Of a stretch of DNA of 53,978 bases, positions 1-11,638 are shown piece after piece. The notes under the pieces were generated by a model, which saw only the letters and a list, made by a program, of their open reading frames with translations, did not search any database and was not told where the DNA came from. This stretch comes from Octopus bimaculoides (lineage: Eukaryota). The translations under genes were made by a program, and so were the position numbers. How positions within the stretch are numbered: position 1 is the stretch's first letter; every line of letters begins with the position of its first letter. The stretch spans positions 107,220,592 through 107,274,569 of the forward strand of contig NC_068981.1 in assembly GCF_001194135.2 (NCBI RefSeq), in the 5' to 3' direction.

Positions 1-1200
1 TATATACAGTTATGAGGGAAAAACTTGGATCTTGTGAATTTTCCGAAGTCCTCTCCCCACCCTTCTGTTGTTGTGCGCTCATTTTATGTTTCATATTCGT
101 TTCCTACACATTGTTTTACACATATTCCTGTATTTTTTCTGAATTTTCATTTCCAGGTCAAGATGTAAACATTAACCCAATTTTTCTTTTTAAAGAGGGA
201 AGAAAAAAACCCAAAAAACATGATAATTGCTGATAGATAAACGTCAAAGCGGAGTGCTAAACTCAAAGATTGTGATACTATGTATGAACCAAAATTAAAA
301 TAAAAAAATAAAACCAGTAGGCCACGACTGGAATGCCGTCGATCACCTGATATTTACGAATAGAGCTGATCTGGTGCTAAGCGATGATAACATAAGTAAA
401 CAACCCAAATGTGCAGTATATAAATATTTAATATTTTGATAATAAAATTTCAGTATCGATTCTGGTCTACTAAATTCCACTGCTCTGATCGAACCTGGAA
501 CCATGTGGTTGTAAAGTGAACGTCCGAAGCACACAGACACAACAGTTCATTTTTAGAATAAATTATTTTTTAAAATTAATATAAAACATATTTAGTAACG
601 AGCATTTTTTCTTTCATTTTGAGATGCGTTATTTGGTATGAAAGAGAAATCTTAAGTAGTTCACTTTTTGCATATTTATTATGAACATAAACTTTCTGTC
701 ATTAGTCTTGACATACAAAGCCACTGCTACAACTACTTATTGACAGGAAAGCTTCTTCGGTGCGTAAGCTGTATTTCTGTTTTGATTTAGTGCATTATAT
801 ATTACATTCATCTGTCATTAATTTCAATGTTAGAAATAATATGTTTGATAATTATTTAATTTAATCGAAATTACTTATACACACGAGTTACCGTCTTATT
901 CGTTTGGAAAGCAGTCTTCAATTTCTACGAATCTGTTGTAAAACAAATAATTATTAACTATTTATATAGAAATGTTTGAGAGTTCGGAAGTTTTTCGTTA
1001 AGTAAATTTCTTTACTAAATCTATTTTAGATACTGTATTTCACAAAGGATAACATATCTCATCGTAATGTTCACTGTATTATTAACTGACATTATAACTA
1101 CTGCATTGTTTACAAAATATTACTCCATTTTTTGTATTTTCGTTAAACAACCTCTTCCTTTATAAAGGCGACTAATTTAATGATCTGTAACAAATGTCTT
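1..1200. promoter_or_regulatory. Probable CpG-retaining promoter/TSS region of GSS, with a candidate non-coding exon ending at 763
   Basis: Visibly more CpG than the CpG-depleted introns and no recognisable repeat. Donor-like TGC|GTAAGC at 764; Ets-like CGGAAGT at 985-991. The first coding exon starts with an acceptor, so an upstream UTR exon must exist. Confidence 0.45.
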
Positions 1201-1384
1201 TATAGTTTTTATATTTAATCGTCTAACCTCTCTTTACTTGTTTTACTCGTTTGATATTTATTTAATGGAAACTATCTGATGACCTTTATTCACAACACTA
1301 TTACCAGGTGGTAAAAATTTACCTTATTCCCATCTACAATTTTTGTACTCATTGGTACTTAGTTTATTTTTGTCGTTCTCATTT

Positions 1385-3190
1385 CTTTATACTATAAGCA
1401 CAAGGCCTGAATTTTGCGGAGAGAGAGTTAACCGATTATATCGATCCCCAGTGCTCAACTGGTACTTATTATCACTCTTAAAGGATGAAAGGCAAAATTG
1501 ATCTCGGTGGCATTTGAACTTGACACGAAATTTTTTTCCCACGAGAGTTCCGAACCCCATTTGCATACAGCCAATCGGAGATCACCTTGACCATGTCAAG
1601 TTGAAAACACACTCTACCAAGTAAACTCAAGACGAAGAATGGTGTTGTGAGTCGACCGATCGCCAAGCCATGCCTGATTTTAGGAGACAAGTAATTAGAT
1701 TTGCATCTATACCTATTATCAGATTTTGTTAGGGCCCCATATGGTAAAGATGTCATCATCATCATCATTTAACGTCCGCTTTCCATGCTAGCATGGGTTG
1801 GACGATTTGACTGGGGACTGGCGAACCAGATGGCTACACCAGATTCCAATCTGATCTGGCAGAGTTTTTACAGCTGGATGCCCTTCCTAATGCCAACCAC
1901 TCCGAGAGTGTAGTGGGTGCTTTTTACGTGCCACCAACACGAGGGCCAGTCTGGCAGTACTGGTAACAGCCACGCTCAAATGGTGTTTTTTACATGCCAC
2001 CTGCACAGGAGTCAGTCCAATGTTTTGTTCACATGCCACTGGCACAAGTGCCGGGGAAAATGTGGGTAGAAGGTGATATGCTAGCAACCCTCTCCCCTTA
2101 CTGTTTTACAAAGTGAACAACACAAATAACTACACAGGGACACCCATGGTTGAAACAAGAACAACAACAAGCATTCTTAAAAGAGATAAGAGGCATTGTC
2201 ATTCCTTATCCAGTGACCTTAACTTATCGCCCATCACTTATGCGCTCATAAATTAGTTTGATAGTTGAGCTCTGATTGGCTGTATGCAAATGAGTTCATA
2301 ACTGAGGTCTGGAAGTCTCGTGAGAAAAACAATTTCCACCAGATGGACGGCCAGCTTAACCAATAAGGGTTCACAAAAAACTTTGGGGACACTACAGGAC
2401 AATACAATGTGGGGTTACATAAAAGGTGTGTTAAAAAGTCAAAAAAAAAAAAACTAACAAAATAACTATATTTTAAAATTTTGAATTTTATGGGTGGGAG
2501 ATAGTTCATTACATCAACCTCAGTGCTCAACTGATACTTATTTCATTGACCCTGAAAGGTTGAAAGGCAAAGTCCATCTTGGCAGGTTTTGAACTCAACA
2601 TAAAGACGGTAGGGATGCTGCTAAGCATTTTGTCCAGTGTGCTGACGATTCTGTCATCTCTAATAATAATAGTTTCAAATTTTGGCACAAGGCCAGTAAT
2701 TTCAGAGGAGTGGGTAAATTAATTACATCGACTCCAGTATTCAGCCGGTACTTACTTTATTGACCCTTGAAAGGATGAAAGACAAAGTCAGCCTCAATGG
2801 GATTCAGAAATAGCATCGCTAATTGCCAAAACTCAAAACATAGAGAGCTGGAGAAAATAACTTCCAGTATTTTTTTCAACACTCTAACAACTCAATCCAT
2901 CACCCTTAAAAATCGTACATGCCATTATTTTAGACCCGTGGCCAGCAGTTTTGAGGGGATAAGGTTAGTTAATTCACTGACCCTAAAGTTCAACCTCAAC
3001 AGAATTTGAACTTGGAATGTACTGAGACATGTACTGCAAAGCATATTGTCTCTGTCACACAAAAACTTTTTGCCAATCCTTTGCCCTATATATCTTGAGG
3101 AATGGGATGATTTAGTTAGTTACATTGACAACAATACTTGAATGGTATCCTATTTTAATTACCTCAAATGCTTAAAGGCAAAGTTGAAAT
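1385..3190 (-). mobile_element. Dispersed family-A SINE copies (about 1385-1525, 2495-2665, 2675-2800, 2935-3070, 3100-3190)
   Basis: Same core as the 8385-9760 copies. Other copies: 15175-15305 (+), 17290-17690 (+, ending in a (TAT)n tail), 43740-43925 (-) and 44085-44285 (-). Confidence 0.8.
1755..2090 (-). mobile_element. (GAT)n-tailed family-B repeat (RTE 3'UTR-like or RTE-mobilised SINE)
   Basis: catcatcat ttaacgtccgctttccatgctagcatgggttggacg...cagctggatgcccttcctaa. Other copies: 36240-36435 (+), 39355-39560 (-), 41040-41385 (+) and 51150-51290 (-). Confidence 0.85.
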
Positions 3191-3459
3191 TTTCTTTGTA
3201 CTTCAGGACTGCTTTTTATTCTATATGCATGGAAGATGAATAAATCTGGTGATATCAAATAAGAGAGTTAATTTAGACAACATTTTTTCAAACAAAATGG
3301 GTTATTTACAGAAATAATTTAAAAGAATGCTATGCCAGTGACCTGGCATAGTTATGGCCTAATTAGGTAAAGAAATTACTAACAGAATCCAGAATAAAAA
3401 AATAACATGAAAATCTCAGTACATGATTGATTTCTTATGTTTTATTGTTTTATTTAAGA

Positions 3460-3716
3460 CACTGGTTCTCATATGGGGCCCATATGGTCCTGGAACGTCC
3501 ACATAAGATTTTGCTGTTAAAATTTATGAGCAATGAATTGGTTATACCTCTACAACACACAAAATATTTCAACAATTCTTTAATACAATTCCTAATAATA
3601 TTTAATTATAAAAATATAGTGAGACTTTTTTAAATACCAAATAGCTATGAGGGGTCCAGTAGAGTAAAACAGAAATCAAAGGGGTTCTATATGTAAAAAG
3701 TGGTTGAGACGCACTG
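3460..3716. mobile_element. hAT/Charlie-like MITE
   Basis: TIRs cactggttctca / tgagacgcactg; 8-bp flanks atttaaga and agtgaaga (6/8 match). A similar 3' end lies at about 41630-41703. Confidence 0.55.
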
Positions 3717-4559
3717 AGTGAAGATATTGAATAAAACAGAGATGAAAGTATATATATATATAGTATGAGAATGATTAATGCATGCAGAGACGGCTGTATT
3801 TGATCCCTTTAGTGGTCAGTTATGTTTATTGCAGTTGTGACTGTTTTATTTTAAATATTTAATTGAAAAATCTGTAATTATCACAGGCTTTTAAAGACAG
3901 GTGAAATTAATGTGATTTTAAGTTCAGTTTGTATCAGAACATGTCACCAGTAAATCAGACTCTACCCAAATGGACAGATGTTCACAGAAAAAAGAAGAGT
4001 GAGAGAAATTCATGGTGATGAAGGAGGTGGTTGTTTATATTCTTTCCATCATCTTCTACATGCTGGAAGTGAAAGTGATAGTTGGCAAATTGGAGAAATT
4101 TCCCTTGGAAATGTTACTCATATTGCCTGTTTTTGTAGATCTCTGTAGAGAGAGAAATTGAAGTATTTGGTGAGAATAGTTCTCAAGTGCAAATGTTTGG
4201 CAAAATAGCAGGAACACCATAAAGCCTGCTTGTCATGTTGGATTGGAGTGATCTGAGAAGTTTTTGCATATACTGAGTCCATGTATTTGTTTGGGAGAGA
4301 GATTTGTAGCATGAAGAGGATGAGTTTGGGAGTAGTTTTGTTGCGCTTGTGCAGTGTTTGTAAGCAAAACAAGTAACGAACGTGACTTGATCAGCAGGAG
4401 TACTTGCCATCATACAGTTCAGACGAGCAAATAATTTGGCCTCTACAACAATGGTATCTGTGTGACAGAATATGACGGTCAATGGGGATTTCTGCATTGA
4501 AGTTGCTAAAGATGATGACTTCAAAAAAAGTGAGTGAAAATTGATGTTCTCAATGAAGG

Positions 4560-6280
4560 ATCATCATCATTTAACGTTCATTGTCCATGCTGGTATGGGT
4601 TGGATGGTTTGATCAAGGCTGGCAAGTTGAAAGGCTGCACCAAACTCCAGTCTGATTTAGCATGGTTTCTACAGCTTGATGACCGTCCTAACACCAACCA
4701 CTCCAAGAGAGTAATGGGTGCTTTTATGTGCCACCGGAACAGGTACCATTTGCGTGACACCAGTATCTACCATGACTGTGATTTTGCTCAGCTTGATGGG
4801 TTTTCTTCTAGAGCACGACATAATGCCAAAGGTCTTGGTCATTGCCTCTGTGAGGTTGAACACTTGAAAGGAGCTCTGTCACTTTGCCTCCATTAGGCTT
4901 AACGCTCAAAAGGTACCTTTTACATGCCACTAGCATGGGTGCCAGTAACCTGACACCAGTATCAGCCATGACTACAATTTCACTTGGCTTGATGGGTCCT
5001 CTCAAGCACAGCACATCGCCAAAGGTCTCAGTCCCTAGTCATTGCCTCTGTGAGGCCCAAAGTTTGAAGATCATGCTTCACCACCTCATCCCATGTCTTC
5101 CTGGGTCTACCTCTACTACAGTTTCCCTCCATAGTTAGAGATCAGGACTTCTTTACACAGCTGTCCTTGTCCATCCGCATTACTTGACCATACCAGCGCA
5201 GTTGTCTTTCTTGCACACCACACATGATGCCTCTTATTCCGAATTGTTCTCTCAAGATGCTTATACTCTGACAAACATGCACACAGACATTGCCCATCCA
5301 GCAAAGCATACTGGCTTCATTTCTTTCAAGCCTATGCATGTCCTCGGCTGTCACAGCCCATGTTTCACTGCCATGTAGTATAGCTGTTTACACACAGGCA
5401 TCATACAATCTGCCTTTCACTCTGAGAGAGAGGCCCTTTGTTGCCAGCAGAGGTAGGAGTCTCTGAAATTTGCCCAGCCTCATCTTATTCTCACAGCTAT
5501 GCTGTCAGTGCATCCACTTCTGCTACGAACTTGGTCACCTAGATAGCAGAAACTGTCTACTACCACTAGCTTACCTCACTGGCAGTTGATGGAGTTTATT
5601 TTCTGTGCATTTTTAGTGTTTATTGTACCTATACATCCTCCATACACAAAATCAATTTTCCCTGTTAACCTTCCTCTAATATTGCTGCACCTTTTATGTA
5701 TCCAAAGCTTACACCAGGTGCATCTTATGGAGTTTCTACCTACACCTTTTCAACAGATCGAGCAGGGTTATCTACCTGAAGGGATTTGTGATTTGTCTGC
5801 CTTCCTACTTGTTAACTCTAAGACCCTTTAATTCTAAATCTTGCTTCTATACCTGGAACTTCTTTTGTAGTTCTGGTAGTGGTTCAGCTATAAGAACAAT
5901 GTCATCAGCATAGAGGAGCTGCCTGGGGCATCCTGTCTTAAATTCCTCTGTTATTGCCTGGAGAACTATGATGAACAAGAGGGGGTTGAGGACCGATCCT
6001 TGGTGGAACCCCTACTTGTACCCTGAATTTTTCACTGTACTTGTTGCCAACTCTCACTCTACTAGTAGCTTCCCTGTACATGGCTTGTACAGCCCTCATC
6101 AACCACTGGTCTATCCCTAGTTTTTGCACTGGCCACCAGATAAGGGACCGGAGGACCCTGTCAAAGCCTTTCTTCAAGTCAACAAAAGCCAGGTACAGAG
6201 GTTTATCTTTGGCTTTGTATTTCTCCTGCAGCTGCCTTACCAGAAATATAGCATCAGTGGTGCTTCTCCCTGACACAAAC
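4560..6280 (-). mobile_element. 5'-truncated RTE-clade LINE with RT fragment, duplicated 3'UTR and (GAT)n tail
   Basis: GRSTTDAIFLVRQLQEKY...LAFVDLKKGFDRV...GV (5938-6276); C-terminal MLCWMGNV...LRWYGQVMRMD; ends at catcatcat at 4561. Confidence 0.9.
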
Positions 6281-6348
6281 CAAACTGCAGGACAGATGAA
6301 CTTAAATGAATAGGAAGAGAGATGTGAATCAGAAAAACTGAAAGTCTA

Positions 6349-7109
6349 TGAAGTGCATTCCAGAAATTTTGAGACATTTTCAAAAGAGACTTTGTTAATT
6401 TCAAGAAAGCATAAGACTCTAATCTCCCTCAAAATAGGATCCTCTGACTTCAATGCACTTGTTGTAGCACTCCAGCCACGTCATTAAGGCTCCATGGAAG
6501 CCCTCCAAAGTGAAGATGTCACAACCTCCATCTTCTTTTTCAACTTGGGGAACAACCAAAATTCACACGGTGCAAGGCCTGGATTGTAGAGAGTGAGGAA
6601 CAGCTTTGAATATCCCCTGTCAAGTAGTTGGTTCTAGAATATAATTGTGGTTTGGTGTAAGTACTCTGGCCTTTTGCAATGAAATCTCTTCCTTAACTCC
6701 CTCAAAACCTCCACAAAGTACTATTTGTTGATAGTTTGGCCAAAGGGAACCCAGTGGATGTAGATGATGCCCTTGCTGTTGAAAAAAGGTATCATCATGA
6801 GCTTCCCAGTGGACTTGCTTTGCCTGGCCTCTTGTGTCAGTAAAAAAACAGATACTCAACTCGTACAAGTTAATCGATAAGCAACCGGTATATGTCCCAA
6901 TTATGTTCTGCATACTAGTCAGCTGTGACAAGCAGTGTTAAATAGGGTGTGTTCAAAGTGCTGTTATAGCCATATCCTTCAGCTGGGAATTAAAAAGTTG
7001 GTAGATCAGCTAATTAGATGTATAATAATGATATACTAAAATTACTATTATTTAGGACAGTTGTGATTGTATCTCCTAAAAAGTCTCAAAACTTCTGGAA
7101 TGCACCTCA
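6349..7109 (-). mobile_element. Internally deleted mariner (761 bp)
   Basis: TA-flanked TIRs tgaagtgcattccagaaattttgagac / gtctcaaaacttctggaatgcacctca. Residual transposase MMT.FF...GII..HWVP.GQTIN..YF.EVL on the - strand. Confidence 0.8.
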
Positions 7110-7599
7110 TACATTACTATTGTTGAAATAACAGGTGAGTGGCCTCTAAGGATAAGTGTATACTCATCTTTACTCTGAAAAATTGGAATGTGTGCAACCG
7201 TGACATCAAAAATGGATTTGTGGTAGAGGAGGAGAAGAATATGTATTTTAGATAGAAATTACATTTATGGTGTACAATAGGGAATGAGTATTGTCATGAA
7301 ATTTAAACTGAGGCGCTGTCATCATGGTAATCAACACTTAGGCCATGCCAGTGTTGATACACTCTGCTCTTTTTTTTTAACGGATAAAGACTGAGATACA
7401 TGAATTGCATAGAACTTGGAAGCTGTACACACTATCCTAAAAGTAATGTTAACAAGTTCTGTTTACCAAGGAGGAAAGATGGCTGAGGTTTGTTAACTGT
7501 AAAAAAAATAACATCAATGTTGTACTTCAGAGGTTTAGAAAACTATGTTGTGAATTGTGAGGAAATGCTTTTCTGTGGCTAGAAATATTGACGGAGCAT

Positions 7600-8385
7600 T
7601 GAAATAGTGAAAGATTTTTGAGAATAGTAAGCACAATGACAGACAGAAGTAGCTGGAAAAACAAGAATCACATGGGCATTTCATGCAACAAAGCAATACT
7701 GATTGTTCTTGGGAGATGGAAACATGAAAAGATTAACTGAATTGTTAATTATAGATGCTCGGGAACAATACATTCAAACAAATTTGACAAAGATTAATCA
7801 AATCAGTCAAACAGCCAACACAGAATATGTGGGAAGGTAGACAAAGGTATCAACCATCTGCTAAACAAGAGCACTAAACTAACATGAAGACTACGTAAAC
7901 CCAGACATAAAGGTTGGTGAAAGAATGCTTTGAAATGTCAACTGAATTTGCTTATTTGAAATAATGGAAAAGTAGTATGAACACAAGACCAAGACTATCA
8001 TCGTAAGAGTCTTGGTGAATAATAATTATTCACTAATGAATAATAATGCTAAGTTTTTGATTTTTTCTTAGAACAGATATAATTGTAGAAAATGGCAAGA
8101 ACAAATATTGTAAGATTTTTGACTTTGCAATCCAGAAATCTCAGGACTTAGCCAAAGAGATGAATACCAGTTTGAAAATTGTTTTGTGATAACTGGTACA
8201 CTTGGAACAATGTTCAAACTGCTACCTAAGATACTGAGGGATATTAGGACTGAAACTGATAAAGAGCCATATGGTATTCTGCAGGAATCTCAAGAAAGAT
8301 ACTATAGATTTGAAGAAACTTGTCACTAAATTTCTGGATAATATCTCTGCTAATTAAATTAATGTGTAATAGCTTAATAATTAAT
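7600..8385 (+). mobile_element. Old R4/Dong-like 3' fragment
   Basis: Frameshifted LEKQESHGHF...SW.W...LLII.A.EQ.I.TN, plus (P)DIIVE.GKNKYCKIFDFAI and VI.GTLGT; ends in ttaataattaataataa. Confidence 0.6.
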
Positions 8386-9760
8386 AATAAGCCTTTCTAC
8401 TAAAGGCATAAAGCCTGAAATTTTGTGAGAGGGGACTAGTCAGTTACATTGACCCCAGTGTTTCACTGGTACTTAATTTATTGACCCCAAAAGGACAAAA
8501 GGTACAATTAACCTTGGTGGAATTTGAACTCTAAACATGAAGACAGACAAAATACTGCTAAGCATTTCACCCAGCATGCTAACGATTTTGCCAGCTCACC
8601 ACCTTTAAAATAATAGTAATCCTTTCTACTAAAGGCACAAGGCCTGATATTTAGGCAAAGGGGGCTAGTTGATTACATTGACCCCAATGCTGAACTGGTT
8701 CTTATTTTATCAAAATGATAAATGATGAAGTCAACCACAGTGCAATTTGAACTTGGAATGTGAAGCCAGAAGAAATACAGTTAAGCATTTTGTCTGGTGT
8801 GCTAATAATTCTGCCAGTTTGAATAATAATATTAATAAACATTTTTGAGTTACAGAGGCTATTATGGAAAGTGCAGGTAAAATATATCCCTGTAGCTATA
8901 AGTGCATTAGGAACTATTCCTAAAGATTTGAACAGATGAATAGAGGAAATTGACATAAAATCTAGTTTAGTGCTGTTTCAGGAAACAGTATTATTAGGGA
9001 CTTAGGAAGATAACTTGCAGCCAGATGTTAGGAATTTTTTCCAAAAGTCTCATTTGTTGTGAGTAAATGAAATAGTAATGATAATAAGCCTTCTTACTAT
9101 AAGCACAAGGACTGAAGTTTTGGGGGCAGGGGATAGTCATGTACATTGACCCCAGTACTCAACTGGTACTTATTTTATTGACTCAGAAAGGATGAAAGGC
9201 AAAGTAGATCTCAGCAGGATTTGAATTCAGAATGTAAAGATGAACAAAATGCTGCCAAGCATTTTGTCTGGTATGATTATGATTCTACCAGATCACTACC
9301 TTTAATAGTAATGGTTTCAAATTTTGGCACAAAACCAGCAATTTTAGGGGAAGAGTAAGTCAATTTCATTGACCCCAGTGTTCAACTGGTTCGTATTTTG
9401 ACTACCCTGAAAGGACAAAAGGCAAAGTTGAGATTGACAGCATTTGAACACAAAACATAGAACCAAACAAAATTCCACTAAGCATCTTGTCTGGCATGCT
9501 CATGATTTTACCAGATCACTGCTTTTCTTGATAATAATAATAATCCTTTCTATTATAGACACAAGGCCTGGAATTTTTGTGGGGAGGGGACTAGTTGATT
9601 ACATTGACCCCAGTGTTTCACTGGTACTTAATTTATTGACCTCCAAAAGGATGAAAGGCAAAGTTGACCATGGTAGAATTTGAACTCAGAACTTAGTGAT
9701 GGGAAAAATACTTCTAAGCATTTCACCCGGTGTGCTAACGATTCTGCCAGCTCACCACTG
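8385..9760 (-). mobile_element. Array of five tRNA-derived SINE copies (family A): about 8385-8606, 8615-8820, 9085-9302, 9310-9525 and 9540-9760
   Basis: Each reads ggcacaaggcc...cattgaccccagt...caactggtactta...aaggatgaaaggcaaagt...atttgaactc...ttctgccagctc on +. On - this gives A-box-like TGGCAGAATCG and B-box-like GAGTTCAAATT with an (ATT)n tail. Confidence 0.88.
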
Positions 9761-10199
9761 TAATGATAATAATGATAATATCATCATTATCAGCAGTACT
9801 AGTTCTTGATGAAATCAAGCTCATTAAAAAATTCATCAGGCAAAACTAGAATTATTTTACAAAAATGTGGTAAAAACCATCACAGATGGGTGGTTGCAAG
9901 TATCAGGCCATGATATCTGTACTGTTATAATATATGAAATGAACAAAGATCTAGAGATACAATATGTAATCATTAAGTGCCTTCTCAAAGTATCTCCTAC
10001 TTAACTGACAAGCAGGTTGGGAAATGATTTGCCTGTCAAGGAAAATGTTGGCAAAATTATCAGGAAAATTTAAACATTTTTATAAGGAAACAAAAGTGAA
10101 GAGTAGCTTGTTATATAGCAGTGAAGAATAAAGTAGACTTGAAATATATGGTGTGAAAAATAGTCATTATTTCATTAAAGGGAAGAAATATATGTCTGC

Positions 10200-10580
10200 A
10201 AAAACACGGCTGTGTCATTAGAAGTTTGCTTCCCATCTACATGGTTCCAGGTTCAGTCCCACTGCATGGCACCTTGGGCAAGTATCTTATATTTTTTCCT
10301 TGGGCCGACCAAAGCCTTGTGAGTAGATTTGGTAGATGGAAATTGAAAGAAACTTGTATATACATGCATATATGTGTGTGTCTTTGTGTTTGTCTCCCGC
10401 CATGCTTGACAACTGGTGCTGGTTTGTTTACATCTCCATAACTAAGCGGTTCAGTAAAAGAAAGTGATAGAATATGTACCAGGCTTTAAAAAAAAGTACT
10501 AGTTCGATTTGTTTGACTAAAATTCTTTAAGGTGGTGCCCCAGCATGGCCACAGGCTAATGACTGAAACAAGTGAAAGAG
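10200..10580 (+). mobile_element. tRNA-headed CORE-like SINE (family C)
   Basis: ggctgtg...ttgcttccca...ggttccaggttcagtcccactgcatggcaccttgggcaagt...gactgaaacaagt. Relatives at about 14310-14460, 17970-18220, 40800-40930 (+) and 18770-18905, 29705-29890, 49325-49705, 53555-53650 (-). Confidence 0.8.
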
Positions 10581-10881
10581 AGGGGAGATATATATTCATC
10601 ATTGCATCGGTCAAATGAGAGTATGTTGGAGCAGAGTTTTCTACAGCTGGATGCCCTTCCTGTCGCGAACCCTTATTTCGAAGTGAAATAATAATCTCCC
10701 AGTCTATTGAAGAACAAACAGCCCAGACAAGTTTCCTTGAATAACTGGAAACAAACAACATTGTGAATGAGCTTTTTGTTTGCAATCAGGAGGAAAATAT
10801 GCTTGTAAGCAAAGGAAATATGAATTCACTCATAAATTTGCACACACATGCATACATATATGCGTATATATATATATATAT

Positions 10882-11272
10882 ATAGAGTTATTAATATTTC
10901 TAAGTCTCTCTAAAGGAGACTACGGCAGCGGTACTGGAAATTAATAGTTATCGCCAAGCCAACATGGCAGTCCCAAAATTAGGACGAAAGCTGCCGTGAA
11001 TTAGCTCCAAGAAGCCATCGCCTCTAGCTAGCTATGTGACACACGAAACCTGTGTCCTTTATAACCTTCGAACAGGGGAGGTCAGCAGTGTCCCCCTGCT
11101 GGTTTGGCATCTGCAGACTAGTTTCAGGGTGTTGCCCCTTGTCAATGCAGAGCAGCCAAGCCCTAGCCAGGCGGCGCTGCTGACTATCTGCTCGAAGGTT
11201 ATTTATCTAATTTCAGTGGAATCTATCCACTGGTTTTCAGAAATAGAGTTATTAATATTTCTAAGTCTCTCT
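10882..11272 (-). mobile_element. 361-bp hammerhead-bearing repeat unit (retrozyme-like or Penelope pseudo-LTR), running into an N-gap
   Basis: atagagttattaatatttctaagtctctct occurs at 10882-10911 and again at 11243-11272 (period 361). The unit is GC-rich, structured and contains the 11111-11150 ribozyme. Confidence 0.55.
11111..11150 (-). ncRNA. Minimal type-I hammerhead ribozyme motif (two core transitions)
   Basis: Minus strand reads CTGCA-TTGACAA-GGGG caaca CCCT-GAAA-CTAG-TC-TGCAG. Perfect 5-bp stem I, stem II, palindromic ACTAGT stem III and GUC triplet. Core is TTGACAA versus consensus CTGANGA. Confidence 0.75.
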
Positions 11273-11593
11273 NNNNNNNNNNNNNNNNNNNNNNNNNNNN
11301 NNNNNNNNNNNNNNNNNNNNNNNNNNNNNNNNNNNNNNNNNNNNNNNNNNNNNNNNNNNNNNNNNNNNNNNNNNNNNNNNNNNNNNNNNNNNNNNNNNNN
11401 NNNNNNNNNNNNNNNNNNNNNNNNNNNNNNNNNNNNNNNNNNNNNNNNNNNNNNNNNNNNNNNNNNNNNNNNNNNNNNNNNNNNNNNNNNNNNNNNNNNN
11501 NNNNNNNNNNNNNNGATCAGTGAATTTTCGTCACTGCAAAAAGGATATATGTATTTGCATTGGGAGCCCTTCACATCGATAATCGGTGATTGT

Positions 11594-11638
11594 CGTACAC
11601 TGATGAAGGGTAAATACCCAGAAACCTGAGTCCGTGCG
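11594..11638 (+). ncRNA. Minimal type-I hammerhead ribozyme motif with intact core
   Basis: CGTACA-CTGATGA-A GGGT aaat ACCC A-GAAA-C ctga G-TC-CGTGCG. Intact CUGAUGA/GAAA core, GUC triplet, and a 5-bp stem I with an A.C mismatch next to the cleavage site. Confidence 0.75.

Noticed and set aside
135-235. Acceptor-like tttcatttccag at about 146-157 as a + strand exon
   Set aside because: No recognisable coding similarity or matching donor; cannot be supported.
11100-11165. SECIS element in the long hairpin
   Set aside because: No AUGA/GA quartet with correct spacing; the - strand hammerhead explains the pairing better.
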